The translations under genes were made by a program, and so were the position numbers. A stretch of 63,992 nt of DNA, the filler included, from Octopus bimaculoides (lineage: Eukaryota): NCBI RefSeq assembly GCF_001194135.2. It is 4 parts of 3 records of this genome, joined end to end, with 100 filler letters (N's around TTAATTAATTAA, not from the genome) between each part and the next. Parts side by side here need not be neighbours in the genome. Positions count along the whole stretch, not along the records: positions 14,916 to 29,825 come from NC_068984.1; positions 29,926 to 48,560 come from NC_068982.1; 2 more parts are not named here. One strand, written 5' to 3'. Shown in pieces: positions 26,000 to 39,835 of the stretch (its first letter is position 1; each line of letters starts with the position of its first letter). The notes beneath the pieces were generated by a model, which worked only from the letters and a program-made list of their open reading frames with translations, was not told the DNA's origin and ran no database searches.

Positions 26000-27720
26000 T
26001 TATTCATATTTCTGTTTTAGCAGGGTTAATTAGTCTACATTTGCAGTTTCTGCTAAAAGTGGACTTGTAGTCTTTAAGGTAATAAAAGGCTTAAAGAGTT
26101 TAAAGACCACAGGGCTAATTTCTAAATAGCCCAGTTCCTTATATATAACTCAATTTTTTATTAGCCTTTTATAGTGCATTTGCCCAGTACTTCTTTTTTA
26201 GATCATCAAACTTTGTTATACCTGATTTTTTTTTTGTAATATATATTACATTTAATGTATTTTTTCCCAATCACTTAATGATTTTAAATTTTTGCCTTGT
26301 AAATTTTATTTTCATCTTATATATTTCTTACTTTTACTTTCACAACCATCTTTCTCTCCAGTTGCTAGAGCTTTGTTTTTTGAAGATGTTTGTAGTCAGT
26401 ATGCAAATCTTTAAACTGAATCAATTAGACCATGTTGTTGTCTGATCAACTGTCTCCCATAATTTTTCTGTTACAAAGCAAATAGCTTATTATTTTTTCC
26501 TTTATTATACAATTTATCATATGTACATACATATATATTTGTATGTGTGCATATATGTTTACATGTATATGAATATGTGTGTGTGTGCATATAAACAGAA
26601 TACTGGAAAAATTTGGTATTATTTATTCTTCATTACATACATTTCATTACTAAGTAGTAGTTATGGAGATATACCTGGAGAAAAACATGTAAGACATCTC
26701 CTGTTAGTAATTTGTGAGGCAGAGAATTAAAATGATAAAAAATTACATTGGCTGGAGCTATAATATATTAGTATTAACCAGGAGTCATCCAGATAGAAAG
26801 GAATATAGATAATAACGTGAAGTATATTTGCCACTTAAATGTGGCTAAACCCTAAGGGTGAATGTTACTGTTGCTTCTAGCCCCAGGAGAACATCTCCTC
26901 CAGCTGGCTACTGACACACATCTGTGTCCTGTCTGTATTTGCAAAGGGAAGTCATCCTTCCCATCTTGATCATGTGATACGCACGGATTCGAGTTTCTGG
27001 GTATTTACCCTTCGTCAGCATACGACAATCACCGATCTTCGATGCGAAGGCATCCCAATGCAAATACATATATACTTTTTCCAGTGATGAATATTCACTG
27101 ATCTCGAAAAAGTGAAAACAAGCAATGTTAAATCTCTGATAAACAGTAACTGCACGATATAGATAATACATATATAAATATTTACATATTCATACGTTCC
27201 ATAAATTTAAATATATATGCACACACACACACACATGTAAATATTTACATATTTATATATGTTGTATAAATGTACATTTTGTATGTGCATGAGTGTGTAC
27301 ATTTATATGTTTATGTTTATGTACATATATGTGTGTATGTACATACATATGTTCATGTGTACATATAGTTTACTGTATTTTTACTTATACCTTTTACCAT
27401 GACTGTGTTTGAGATTTGTTTCTTCATTCTTTCTAATTTCTGGCTTCTTTACAGTCTTTCTCTCTTTCTTGCCCTCAGTATTATTTCTCTCTGATTCCCC
27501 CCACTATCACTTCACTGCAAGGTATATTTGATACATCATAACATCACATTTATATACATGTTGCATTAAGTTGTCTCTTCACTCCTCTTCCAGCCTACTG
27601 TTTTAATAATAAATTACCCACTTGTTTTCCCTTCTTTCTTTCTCCTCTTTCCTTTCCTCATTGTTTTTGTTTTCTTTTCTTCCTTTTAATATATTTTTAT
27701 TTGTTTATATATCTTAATCC

Positions 27721-28873
27721 CATGCCAGAAGGGAAGCTAGGCGACATTGTATCAGACTGACAGAAGGGAAGCTAGGCGACAGGTTTATTTAGCCAGAGGG
27801 GAAGCAGATGAGAAAAAATTTGCCAATGTTCTGTGCCGTGAGGACCAAAGACTTGAGGTATTTCGTGTTGCAAGACGGTGTGTGAGAGAGAATTGTGATG
27901 TCGTGAGAGAGAAATGTGTTTGCATGGATGATGGTACACTTGCACTAAACAAGGCTACAAAGAAAGAGGTTTGGAGACAACACTACGAAAGACTGCTCAA
28001 TAAAGAGAATGAATGGGAGGAAGAGAGTCTGCTGAACGTCAACCCAACAGAGGGACCAGCTATCCGAGTTGACAGTACCATGGTAGAAAAAGCAATTAAG
28101 AGTATGAAGACAGGGAAAGCCCCCGGCCCATCAGGAATCACTGCAGAGATGCTCAAAATATCTGGCAGTGTCGGCTATAGCCTAATCACCCATATTGCAA
28201 ACCAGGTGATACACTGAGGAGTCATACCCAATGACTGGTGTAGCAGCACCATAGTCAACTGCTACAAAGGTAAAGGTGACGCTTTAGATACAAATAATTA
28301 CAGAGGTATCAAGTTGTTAGATCAGGTTATGAAANNNNNNNNNNGCCTTTGACAGGGTCCCCCGATCCCTTATCTGGTGGTCAATGAGGAAACTAGGGAT
28401 AGAAGAATGGTTAGTGAGAGCTGTGCGAGCCATGTACAGAGATGCTGTCAGTAAGGTGAAGGTTGGCAATGAGTACAGTGAAGAATTCCGGGTAGAGGTA
28501 GGGGTCCACCAAGGTTCTGTCCTCAGCCCCCTCATATTTATCATAGTCCTCCAGGCGATAACAGAGGAATTCAAGACAGAATGCCACTGGGAGCTCCTCT
28601 ATGCTGATGACCTTGCACTAATTGCTTAGTCACTATCAGAACTAGAGAAGTTTCAGGTGTAGAAGCAAAGACTAGAATCGAAGGGCCTTAGAGTCAACCT
28701 CTAACTACACTCTCGGAGTGGTTGGCGTTAGGAAGGGCATCCAACTGTAGAAACTCTGCCAAATCAGATTGGAGCCTGGTATAACCATCTGGTTCACCAG
28801 TCCTCAGTCAAATCGTCCAACCCATGCTAGCATGGAAAGCGGACGTTAAACGATGATGATGATGATGATGATG
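27721..28873 (+). mobile_element. RTE LINE, second copy, internally deleted
   Basis: ORFs 27747-28217 and 28384-28629 (GVHQGSVLSP, LLYADDL) are homologous to 21763-22800 and are joined directly to the 3' terminal ~170 bp. Confidence 0.92.
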
Positions 28874-29641
28874 TTTGTGTGTATGTGTATATATATTTTT
28901 GATCTATATAAATGATGATATTTCCTTCATTTTGCTGCTTTTCTTTCTACAAAATGAGAAGATACATTGCAGAACTGTTATTTTAATGAGTTGTGTCTAT
29001 TCCTTACTCAATGAGACGCTTATGCACTGCCGGATGCTCCTGAGTGAGTTGTTAAGTGTCCCACCTGTGAGGGATCAATGCTAGATATGTCGAAACAATT
29101 GTTGTGATTAATAATAAATTCTTGTATATTCTATCTTCCATTTTCCATTGACCATATATTTTATATGTATATATATATTTGTGTGTGTGTATGTGTAGTT
29201 ATGGGTATTGGCATATGAATATATAATATCTACGGTTGTGTACGTGTGCCTTTTATATATCGGCAGGCATGTATGTGTTTGTGCATGTTTGCATGTGTAT
29301 GTATATATGTACATGCATATATATATATGTACATGTATGTATGTATGTATATATATATATATGTATGTGTATGTATGTGTGTGTGTATATAGATATATAT
29401 ATATATATATATATATACATACACAAATACATGCTTATACCATGTTTATATTTTTAAATGTGTGTCTACATATATAGATATATGATTGAGTGAATATACC
29501 TAACTATGTGTATGAATGCATGTATATACATGGCCAGACTGTGTACATATGTATATGTGTGTGTATGTATATGTGTGCATGTAGATATTAACCATTTAGT
29601 CTGGTGGCTTATCTGTATGACCTACTTGAATATATATTTTT

Positions 29642-29825
29642 GCAGGAATGGCTGTGTGGTAAGTAGCTTGCTTACCGACCATATGGTTCCGGGTTCACTC
29701 CCACTGTGTGGCACCTTGGGCAAGTGTCTTCTACTATAGCCTCGGGCCGACCAAAGCCTTGTGAGTAGATTTGGTAGGCGGAAACTGAAAGAAGCCCGTC
29801 ATATATATATATATATATATATATA
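29642..29825 (+). mobile_element. SINE family A, 5' half running into (TA)n and a gap
   Basis: Homology to the other A copies. Confidence 0.88.
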
Positions 29826-29925
29826 NNNNNNNNNNNNNNNNNNNNNNNNNNNNNNNNNNNNNNNNNNNNTTAATTAATTAANNNNNNNNNNNNNNNNNNN
29901 NNNNNNNNNNNNNNNNNNNNNNNNN
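29826..29925. other. artificial scaffold spacer
   Basis: N44-TTAATTAATTAA-N44. Confidence 0.95.
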
Positions 29926-29989
<64 letters not shown>

Positions 29990-32900
29990 GGTATAAGTAT
30001 TTTGATATGATTGTGCACGTACATCTTCATGTATACATAGCCCAATTATATAAATATATACTATATATTCCTGCACTCTCGTGTGTAAATTTTGAGATAC
30101 ACATGCTTTTGAGCATACCTTGTAACTACTCATATAAAACTTCATTACTTCTTCGCAAATGCTACAAAATGGGCTGTCAAACACTTCCGAGATTTCTGTC
30201 TGGTTTTTGCTGATAAATACAAGTCCGAGTAGTATTTTTCTATAAAATGCGCCAGTTTCGTCGAAAATCTGAGTAAAATGTAATATAATAGCACTCAAGA
30301 ATATGCCTGAAACAGACAATCCATTCCTATCGATACTTTTTGTGTTCTATCGTCTGTCAGTAATCACTAGATCCAGATTTTCACACACTTTACAAACACA
30401 CAGGCACATACACACACATACACATTAGTATGTGTTTGTGCATGTGTGTACACACGTGCGTGCATGTGTGAGAATGTGTATGTGTGTGTGTGTGTGTTTG
30501 TGTGTGTGTGGGGGGGGGTATGTGTAGCTGTAAGTCGATATTGCTCTTGATGTTAATAATACAATGTACGGATAAAAGTATGCCCGATGAAATATAATTA
30601 AAAGATCATACTGATATTAATATTGTACACGCTAAATTTATGATTCCAAATTAACATCGTCCTTACGTTTTTTTTTTCTTCTTTTTTTACTTTTTATATC
30701 ACGGAATAATTATTTAAAATTAATCAGACTCCTTCAGCAATTCGGGCTCAGGTTAAACGTAATTAATTAAAACTCATCTGTTACATAGCGATTTAAAACA
30801 AATTATCATGGTTGATGATGTTTAATTTTACGTGTTTTGCCGTGTATTTTGTATCTAAAAATATTAGTTAATTGATATTTTCTAAAAATGCATTATACTA
30901 TTTGCAAGACTATTTTCATTTTTATAAATAAATAAAATTTAAAAAATAAATNNNNNNNNNNNNNNNNNNNNNNNNNNNNNNNNNNNNNNNNNNNNNNNNN
31001 NNNNNNNNNNNNNNNNNNNNNNNNNNNNNNNNNNNNNNNNNNNNNNNNNNNNNNNNNNNNNNNNNNNNNNNNNNNNNNNNNNNNNNNNNNNNNNNNNNNN
31101 NNNNNNNNNNNNNNNNNNNNNNNNNNNNNNNNNNNNNNNNNNNNNNNNNNNNNNNNNNNNNNNNNNNNNNNNNNNNNNNNNNNNNNNNNNNNNNNNNNNN
31201 NNNNNNNNNNNNNNNNNNNNNNNNNNNNNNNNNNNNATATATATATATAATTATATATATATATATATATAATTGAAATTAAGATGGGTTATTTTACTTC
31301 TGGCACCTAAAAGATATCTTCTGAGGAAAGAATATAATCTATGCAAGTATAAAAATAATATATGACTTGCCTAAAATAGTTGTTAAAGATAAGATTCATC
31401 ATGAATTGATAAAATGCTCTTATAATTAACTGATGTTTGTGCAAATCATCTCGAAATAGAAAATAAAAAATTAATCATCAATCGATTGCTATCAGCATCC
31501 CTCGTTAAATGGAGATGTCCTCCCCTGATAAACCTGATTAAATATGAGTTTGGAATGGCAGGCTATACACAAAATTCAAGACGTAACAGCGGTCATTGCA
31601 TACAATTCGACGTAATTTGTGTTCGGGGATGAATGTAGTTTATTACTTGCTAGACAATGCCAACTTTATCATTGAAACTTCTACGAACATTACAGAAAAT
31701 ATTAAAGAATACATTAACGGCTGTCCCTGATAACCAATAAATCTGTGCGACGTCTCTCAGTAACGGGAAGGAAATGTCTATGGTTTCGTTTTTAATTTGA
31801 AGAAGCTTAACAAACCTAAAAATACGCATTAACTGCTGTGAGGACATGTTATTTCGTATTCATGATCCAGCAAACACAGCAATCTGTATTTCTTTATTTT
31901 AAATGATTATTTCTAATATTTATTTACGGTTAGATGTTTCGAAAAATATAATTACTATTCCAAAAAAACCTACAATGATATAAGTTGTATATGTGAGTGA
32001 GTCCTTTTAAACAACATCAGGGCCCCTCTGAATTTCAGGAAGTGACAATACCACTCTGCAATTGTTTAAGGGAAAGATACAGCAGACTAATTCCTCTCAA
32101 GTCTTACATTATCGTAGTTAGAAAATCTCTATTATATATATGTTACGCACGGATAAATCGTTTCAAAATAGAATAGATTGGCCAAGAGAGTGAATTTATG
32201 AGTAATGATTAAGAACTAAGAAAAAAGACATCAACATATTCATTAATAAGGGGATATTTATAAGCATCAAGTTATTAACAACATTTTAATTGAATGTATT
32301 ACCACTCAAGTTTAGGTCTAGTTGTTTTAATTCGCTCAATAAATGCCTTTTATGGTGTTTAATTTCATACTCGTGAAGGAGCTATGAAATAAAGATACAA
32401 ATTCATTGGAGAAAAAGACTTCCTATGCTATCCTCATATCCATTTGTAAATGGAGCAAGGAAATATCGATGAGTAATAACCCCTAATGAAAATGTACATA
32501 CTGTTTTTTTTTTAATATTCATAATATAGCATGATGGATAAATAAACAGCTGAAACAAAACGAAGAAGCGATTAAATGTTATATTGGCACNNNNNNNNNN
32601 NNNNNNNNNNNTTTTTTTTTTTTTTTTGGAGACATACTTTTTGAGTTAAAAACAACGAGCAAAGACAATGTCGACAAAAATAGAAGCCAACGCTAAAATA
32701 ACAATTTAAACCTAATTACTAATGATGTTTACATCAAGTAACATATTTTAGATGGGGACGTTGTTTTTAATGTATATCAACATTACAAATATCGATTTAT
32801 ATAGCTTTTTGCCGGCAACGTGTGAATTTATCGCACATTTTAAAACATCACAGAGCTGTTCGTCAAGAGGGCAATTCAAAATGAACAGAATTTACTTCTT

Positions 32901-33616
32901 TTAAAATGCTGTTTCTTCACGAAGCTTATATTTTCAATATATTTGCCGAACAAACTTTAAATATAAAGAGAATACATATGTGCATGCAAGAACAGTGGCG
33001 GATAAAGGGAAAACTATCTATAAAAGCTACTACAAACTTACAGAAAATAAAGTCTTTTTTATAGTTGGAGCATAAACCAAGATCATGCATGTTGAACATA
33101 AAGCTTTCATTAAGGCATTTCTAATATTAGCTGCCGGAAGCTGACCTACATACCAGGAACTCTAGACTATATTTTAAAAAAAGAACGCATAATTTTCAAA
33201 ACATTTAAAATGCGATCTGGATGAAATTTAGGGATGTCTCGATAAGCGCCACATGAAATAAGGTATCTAGCAATTTATTTTATGATTAATAACATCATAA
33301 ATACAAAATACACTGTAGCATGCAAACAAACTCAAGTACAAACACATACAGATTCGAAGAAGCACATTCTCAGTTGAATCAATAATTAGAGTCACTAAAT
33401 CAATTATCGACCTGATAAAAATTGAAACCATACACAAAGATTCAGATAATTACGTCATCACCAAACGTACTCTCATTCGTTGATGATTTCTTGCATAATT
33501 CCCTATAATTAGGTAAGACGGGGATCGATTCCTTGTCCAATATAATCTGCATGGAATCCATAACTAATATAACAAACATATATACATAATGCAGTAATTT
33601 ACATAATTTGTTGTAC

Positions 33617-33970
33617 CAAGTTGAGTCAAAAGTCTTTTATTTTCCGTATTTCTGTATTTCAAACTGTAATTCTAGCGATTTTCACTCAAAAACTATTTAT
33701 TCATCAAACTATACCACATCGTATAGTATTGTGTGTAGCCAACATTGTGCCAGAAACTCCGTTCCACGCTTATAACATTTGTTTGGTTCAGACGCAATAA
33801 TAGAAGGAATTTCCTTACACTCACGTCCAACTTCATGCAATCTTTTGAACCTCTGGCTATGCAAGAAATGAGACATGGCTGAGAAAAATGGGAATCTTAT
33901 GTTGAAAGATAAGGATTTAGGGACTGTAGGCATAGTGAGGAAGCTCTTCTAGCTCCTCATTTCTTTCAGC
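33617..33970 (-). mobile_element. mariner 3' remnant
   Basis: Minus strand LPHYAYSP, then FSAMSHFL...YKRG..LAQCW..I..D..FDE*. A TIR-like TA-CCAAGTTGAGTCAAAAGTC lies at the left end. Confidence 0.65.
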
Positions 33971-33972
33971 TT

Positions 33973-35070
33973 TGTTATAGGTAGTGTGTGCGGGGGCGCT
34001 GCCATGCCTTAGAGGCGCACATCTTCGACTAATCTATGACGAGTACCCGGTTGTTAAATCATCATGTACTAACTACACTTGTCGAACATAAGTCATGTTG
34101 CTAAGTGATTTCCTCCCACTGGTGCAATCTGCGACTACTGATGTATTGTATTTACAGTTTTGCACTAGTAGTCACAATAGTTATTAGTGGTCGGATACCT
34201 TTGTATCTCTTCGTACCGGAATAAGGACACGCTAAACTCTCGTTTTACTATACCTGATAGCTCCACAGGATAGCGACTAGAACTATCAACTCTCAATACT
34301 TCGACCCTCAACCGACTACTGGTCTATTTATAATGGCTGCATCCTACTAGTTTTTACCAGGTAGGGATATAGTTTCACTATACTATCTCACATTTTAATT
34401 ATTTTATTTAACCCCCCACCACTTCCTTTTTTATGCACTCAATATTTTTTCTTCTTAGGGTCTACTTTAAGGGATTCAGTGTTCTTCATTTTTCCTTGTA
34501 CGTGTGGTTTCGAATTCTTGTAATAGCGTTGGAAACTGTAAAGTGTCATATAGCCAATCCATCAGTATTTCTACTCTTGTTGGTTCCTATAGTATTATTC
34601 TTTCCTTAAGCTAATTTGTATGTCTCCTATCCATTCCATTTCTGCTTCTTACATCATACATCATACATCATTATTCCTATGTATGAAACAATTTCTCCTT
34701 CTTCTCAGTATTGCTTGCCATTTTTATACATTCTTACATTTAGCTTATCTCCGATTATAAAGAATTTTGGCATATCTTTACTAGCACGTAATCTTTTTCT
34801 TCAGTGGTAACATTTTATCGAATACTGACTTCACCTTTTCTCGCAAACATTAATTCTGCTGGTGAACCTCCTTCTGGCGCATTTAGGTTCGGAGTAACAC
34901 TTAATAATTGTTGGATCGCGATCTCGTCCGTGGCTTCCTCATTACATTTCTTAAATGTGTCCACGAAAATTTCAGCCCTTGCATTCGATCTATGGTTGTA
35001 CGGTGAAATAGTTCTATGTTTTAACGTAAGCATCTCACAGAATCTTTTAAACGAACTTTTGAGTTAACCG
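33973..35070 (-). mobile_element. Ty3/gypsy remnant: integrase core, PPT, 3' LTR (33973-34421)
   Basis: SPYNHRSNARAEIFVDTFK...TPN..PEGGSPAELMFARK integrase motif. PPT AAAAAAGGAAG, then an LTR TG...TATAACA with internal TATAAATAG. Confidence 0.8.
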
Positions 35071-36984
35071 GGTGATAACAGATATAAAAGTATTGAATAA
35101 TTACCGCAAGTAGATGAAAAGATGCACGAGGGAAAATTGTGGAGTAAACGTGAAATTTTAAATATCTGTACAAGGAAGATTAGAATATGTTGAAGATGGC
35201 TCAGTAAACTAACAAACTTAAGAAGTTGAAAAGTTATGATGTATACAGTATAAGCGCTAGATTGGTGATTAATGAGTGATTGAGTGTGAATGACCCATTA
35301 AAGATGCTGAATGAAAGCGCATAACTAAATGGTAAACAAATGGAAGTTGATTAATGTGCAACATGCTGAAGGTCCGTGAATAAATATACTTAAGAACGTG
35401 CATTTAAGTAATTGTGTATAAACGGAATATTACAAATGAAATGTATATTTGAGAAATGAGAAATGAGAAAACAGAGGTGAAAATCAGATCACTAAGTGCA
35501 AGGTTTACAGTGAAAAATATAGGAAAAAACTAGGAAAAATAGAGATTTAGGAAAGCAAATAAAATATACATTCAGACTCATGTAAGATTTTGTGTGTATG
35601 TATTCCTTTATGATTAATGTGATTCTCACTAATAACATTAAAAATTATTAAAATTCGTAATAGCCTTATAAATATTACGATGATTTTTTTTCTTATCTTT
35701 GATATATAAATAATGAATTACTTCAGCGTTTTTAGTAAATAAAAATAAAGCTTTTATACAACACAGAATATTAATTTATCATTTTAGCAAAGTTAGAATA
35801 ATAGCTTCAGCTATCCAAGCACTAAATCTATAGAAGGCCAATGGTAAGCTACGAAGCTGATTTTTTTTTTTTTTTGGTTTAAATTTTCAGTGATATTTTT
35901 AGAATGTAACATCTAAACCTTGAATTATAAGAAAACATAAATCTTCAATAAATTCCTTGGAGAAATTAAGGAAAATATTTGCTAAAAGCGAAATAAATAG
36001 AAACAAATATTAAGTCAAAATATACAATTAAAAGAAATAAGCAAGAGAAAAATAAATAAAACTGAGCTGGTTATTTTGTATCATATTAATTGACTTTATT
36101 CTTCTATTGTGAATACGGTTATAGTAAAACGACAAAGAATCAACATTAAAATATTTTGGTAAAGTAGAGTATTTATGGGTATTAATAATGCCTATTTACA
36201 CATTGATATTGGATGACAGTTTAAGTAAAACTGATTTGCAAACTGTTTAGTACGAATAATATAATGAAGCCTGTATTAATGGATGTCAGCTATTTTTTTC
36301 CTTAATGCCTTCTCTGAATAAAGTATGTTAATTACATGTAGATAAACTAAAGAGACGAAACATCTATTATAGAGAAACCGTCATTGTTTGCAAACGTTAT
36401 TTTTTATTCGTAAATTGCGTCTATTTCAAAAAGTCTTATATCATAGAGGCATTGCACTTCATATAAGTTATATTATATGTAATATAATTATTATCATTAT
36501 CAATCATATTATGAAATGTGGTAGATTGGCTGAATATTTAGACATTCGTAGGAAACTCCAACTTGTGTCTGCAAGTTATGTATTACTTCTCACATATAAT
36601 GAAGCTGAGTTCCTTATTGACATTTCGGAGCGATAAAAATGAATACCAATCAAATACTGGGCTGTATTTAAACAATTAATCTCTCGCCGCAAATACCTGA
36701 ACTTCTGTCTTTCATAGAAATCATTATTTATAATTTTCCATATCCAACAAATGTGTTTCTTCAATCGTGAATACGATGAATATTGTACAATATACATTCA
36801 GGTGTTAAAGGCCAAAAACAAATGCAAAATGCAAAGAAAATCCGGTTCACAAACAAGTATACTATTCTTTGTCATAATGCGTTAATCATATCTGTAGATA
36901 CAGTAATGTTGTTTCGACGGCTAAACCTGTCCTTAAAGTTGATCCCTCATTAATCTTAAAGAAATGAAAATGTCGTGTACAGCA

Positions 36985-37175
36985 GCATCGTTAGCGCGCA
37001 TGGCTAAATATTTAGCAACATTTTGCCAGTGTTTATATTCTGAGGTGAAATTCGTCCTAGCGTGCTTTTCATACTTTCGGGTCGATAAAATAAGTACCAG
37101 TTGCGCACTAGTGTCGATGTATTAAGCTTACTCTTCTCCGTAATTTTCTAGTTCTGTGCCAAAATTTGAAACGAG
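36985..37175 (+). mobile_element. SINE family B, old copy
   Basis: TTTCGGGTCGATAAAATAAGTACCAGTTG core. Confidence 0.7.
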
Positions 37176-38604
37176 TGGATGTATGTCATTTTACTGATTT
37201 CAGTTTCAAATGAAATAAAAGGCATATTTTGTTAGTGTTGTAGGGAATTTAAATAAACTGGGATTCTCTGAAAGGAAGATTTGGCAATAATTTGCAAATG
37301 AATCATGCAAGCCATATTTTGACTTATGAAGTTCATTCTGTACGGAGATTCAATAGAATTTACATATTTTCACAGTAGTACCAGTGTTTGTTTTTGCTAT
37401 TTACAATAAATGATCAAGTGCTATACATTTCAGCTCGTTTACAAATTATAGTTCGTATATAATTTTCATGAATACTGAAAGACATTATGATACGGGGGAC
37501 TACACACGCAGAAAACATTTCTTATCTATATTTACGTGTTGTGGATATTCCTTTCACTATCAGTGATGGCGGAGCACAATCTACAGTTTACTTATTCGTT
37601 TATCTCTCGTTGGTAACTGTATTTGACTATGTTCATCGGAACTATTTTAACTTTTGGCAGAAAAGACTTGTGACACTATTTTCAAAACAAGTATATTCTG
37701 TGATTCATCACGAGTGTCAAATTTTCCTTTATCAGTATATCTGTTTTAATGATCATTGTTTAAGATTTTCGTGACTAAGCTCGTAACATTTTCTTGCGGA
37801 AATTGACGGTAAGGAGATAATCAATTTGTATCTGGATGAAGATTATAAAAAGCGGCATATGGCAGTGTTGATTCTGTGTTAGGATAACATTAGTTGAAAG
37901 CATTAATGTCTTCCTTATATTATTTTCTGACGTTTACTCAATACTAGTCACAAAATCTACGTTGCAAGCCTAAAAGGAAAAAAATACATGAATTGAAAAT
38001 AAATCGTAATTTCCACAAAGAAAAATAGATTGAATAATGTTTTAATTGCAGTTAGATATAAATGATATATGAAACAGATGTAAATATAAATTTAGTAAAC
38101 ACTTAACATAAAACGCTCACATTTCATCAACAGCATATTACATGCGGTGTAAATATGCAGGTATCGTTTCGGTTGTAAATATGAACTCGAAGATAGACTC
38201 TACTTGTATTCATTCGAATAGGAAAACATGATTAGAGATATTTTTTCCAGTAGACTGGAATTTCATAGAAAAATTGTAATATGATCTACGGCAAGCCTTC
38301 CACTATCAATTATACAAGCATTTGCAACGAAGAGATTAACTTATCTTTCGTTTGCTTAGACGCGAAATCAATCATGTGGGATAAATAAATCAATGCAATT
38401 GCGGTGTAATATTTTAAATAAAAAACGTATTCTCACTTACCTTACCTTTTGCATTTCGTTCTCATTTAATTAATATAGCCTTTCATCCCACTTACTTTCT
38501 AAGTATAATTTGTCATGTACTGCATATCTTTTATTACCCCTGATTCCCGTCTTGTATTTTAATTTATCTCTTCGAAACTTTGTGGCTGGTTAACAAAAGC
38601 ATTA

Positions 38605-39835
38605 TCAGTATTATTATTGTTGTTGTTGTTACTGCTGCTGTAGGTGTTCCGTTGTTGTTGTTGTTCCTGTTGCTGCTGTAGTAGTTGTTATTAACATTAT
38701 TTTCTTTTCTTTACACATATTCTAACGCTGGAGATATACTCTGGTGTCAGCAGTTTACTAAGGAACTAAGGTAACACCCCTTATTTTCGAGCACTATCTG
38801 GAGCATTCGAGCGGTCCCAAGCAGTGCTAATTTCTGCAAGTGCTGCACCCTTATTGCAGCCACTATTTGTTCCCTGTACTTCTCCAAATTTTTACTCACC
38901 GCTTCCAGAGCTCCGACAATTATTGGTACTACTACCATCTTTTTCATCGACCACAACTGCTTAACCTCCCAAGCTAACCTTTTATAACTATCGACCTTTC
39001 TTTCTTCTTTATTGCTTACCTTGTTGTCAGATGGGCATGGTATATATATGATCCAGCATCGTTTGCGTTCTTTCTCAATTAAGACTATGTCTGGTTTCCT
39101 ATTCTCTATCTCATGATCGCACTGAATCATAAAATGCCATAGGATATTTGCAATATCCTAACTTTTTTGCTCTGTCAAGTCCATAGTTGTTTCATAATGT
39201 CCAATGGACAATCCGTGCTATATTGTCATGATGTCTCTTATATTCTTTCTGGGCAAATGTTCTACATTGACTGGTAATATGCCATACAGTTTCACCATTT
39301 CATCCACAGATTCTTCACTTATCGCTTTCTAATATGTTGTTTATTCTGTATTTGATGTAATTGTTTCTTAATGCTTGCTCTTCGGCAGCATCGATTAGAG
39401 CCTCCATTTCCGGTTTTAAATCATTTTTAGTCATCCATAGCCATATTTTTTCTCTGTTTCATTTTGAACATCCCTATGAATTTGTCCAAGCATTCTTATT
39501 TTATCCACATATTTTCTGTTTCATTCACTCTCAAGTGCTTGTGCAGTGCATTATCTTTGCAATTTTCCATCCTACATGAGCTAACCTTCTTACTTCCAGC
39601 AATAGCCGTTTTGTGGGATTTTTAAATACCATGCTATGTTGTTTTCTTTTGCACTAATTGTGTTTTTGCATCCGATTAGTCCTCTTCCCCCTCTTTTCGT
39701 AGGTACATAAGTCTACATGTGTCTTATTTTTTTAAATCGAGTATACCATATCTAATGAACAAATCCCTTGTGTTCCTGTCTAAGCTGTTTAGTCCGTCTA
39801 CTGGCCATGCGATTACCCCTGACCCATAGAATGGA
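38605..39835 (-). mobile_element. R4/Dong-clade non-LTR element, C-terminal part with restriction-like endonuclease
   Basis: RGGRGL, RICG..GET..HI.S.C...AQKEY..HD, RKPDIV..K..CWI..P.D..KE..K...L..E...LW...VVPIIVGAL. The 3' side ends in an (AAC/AAT)n-like tract. Confidence 0.85.
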
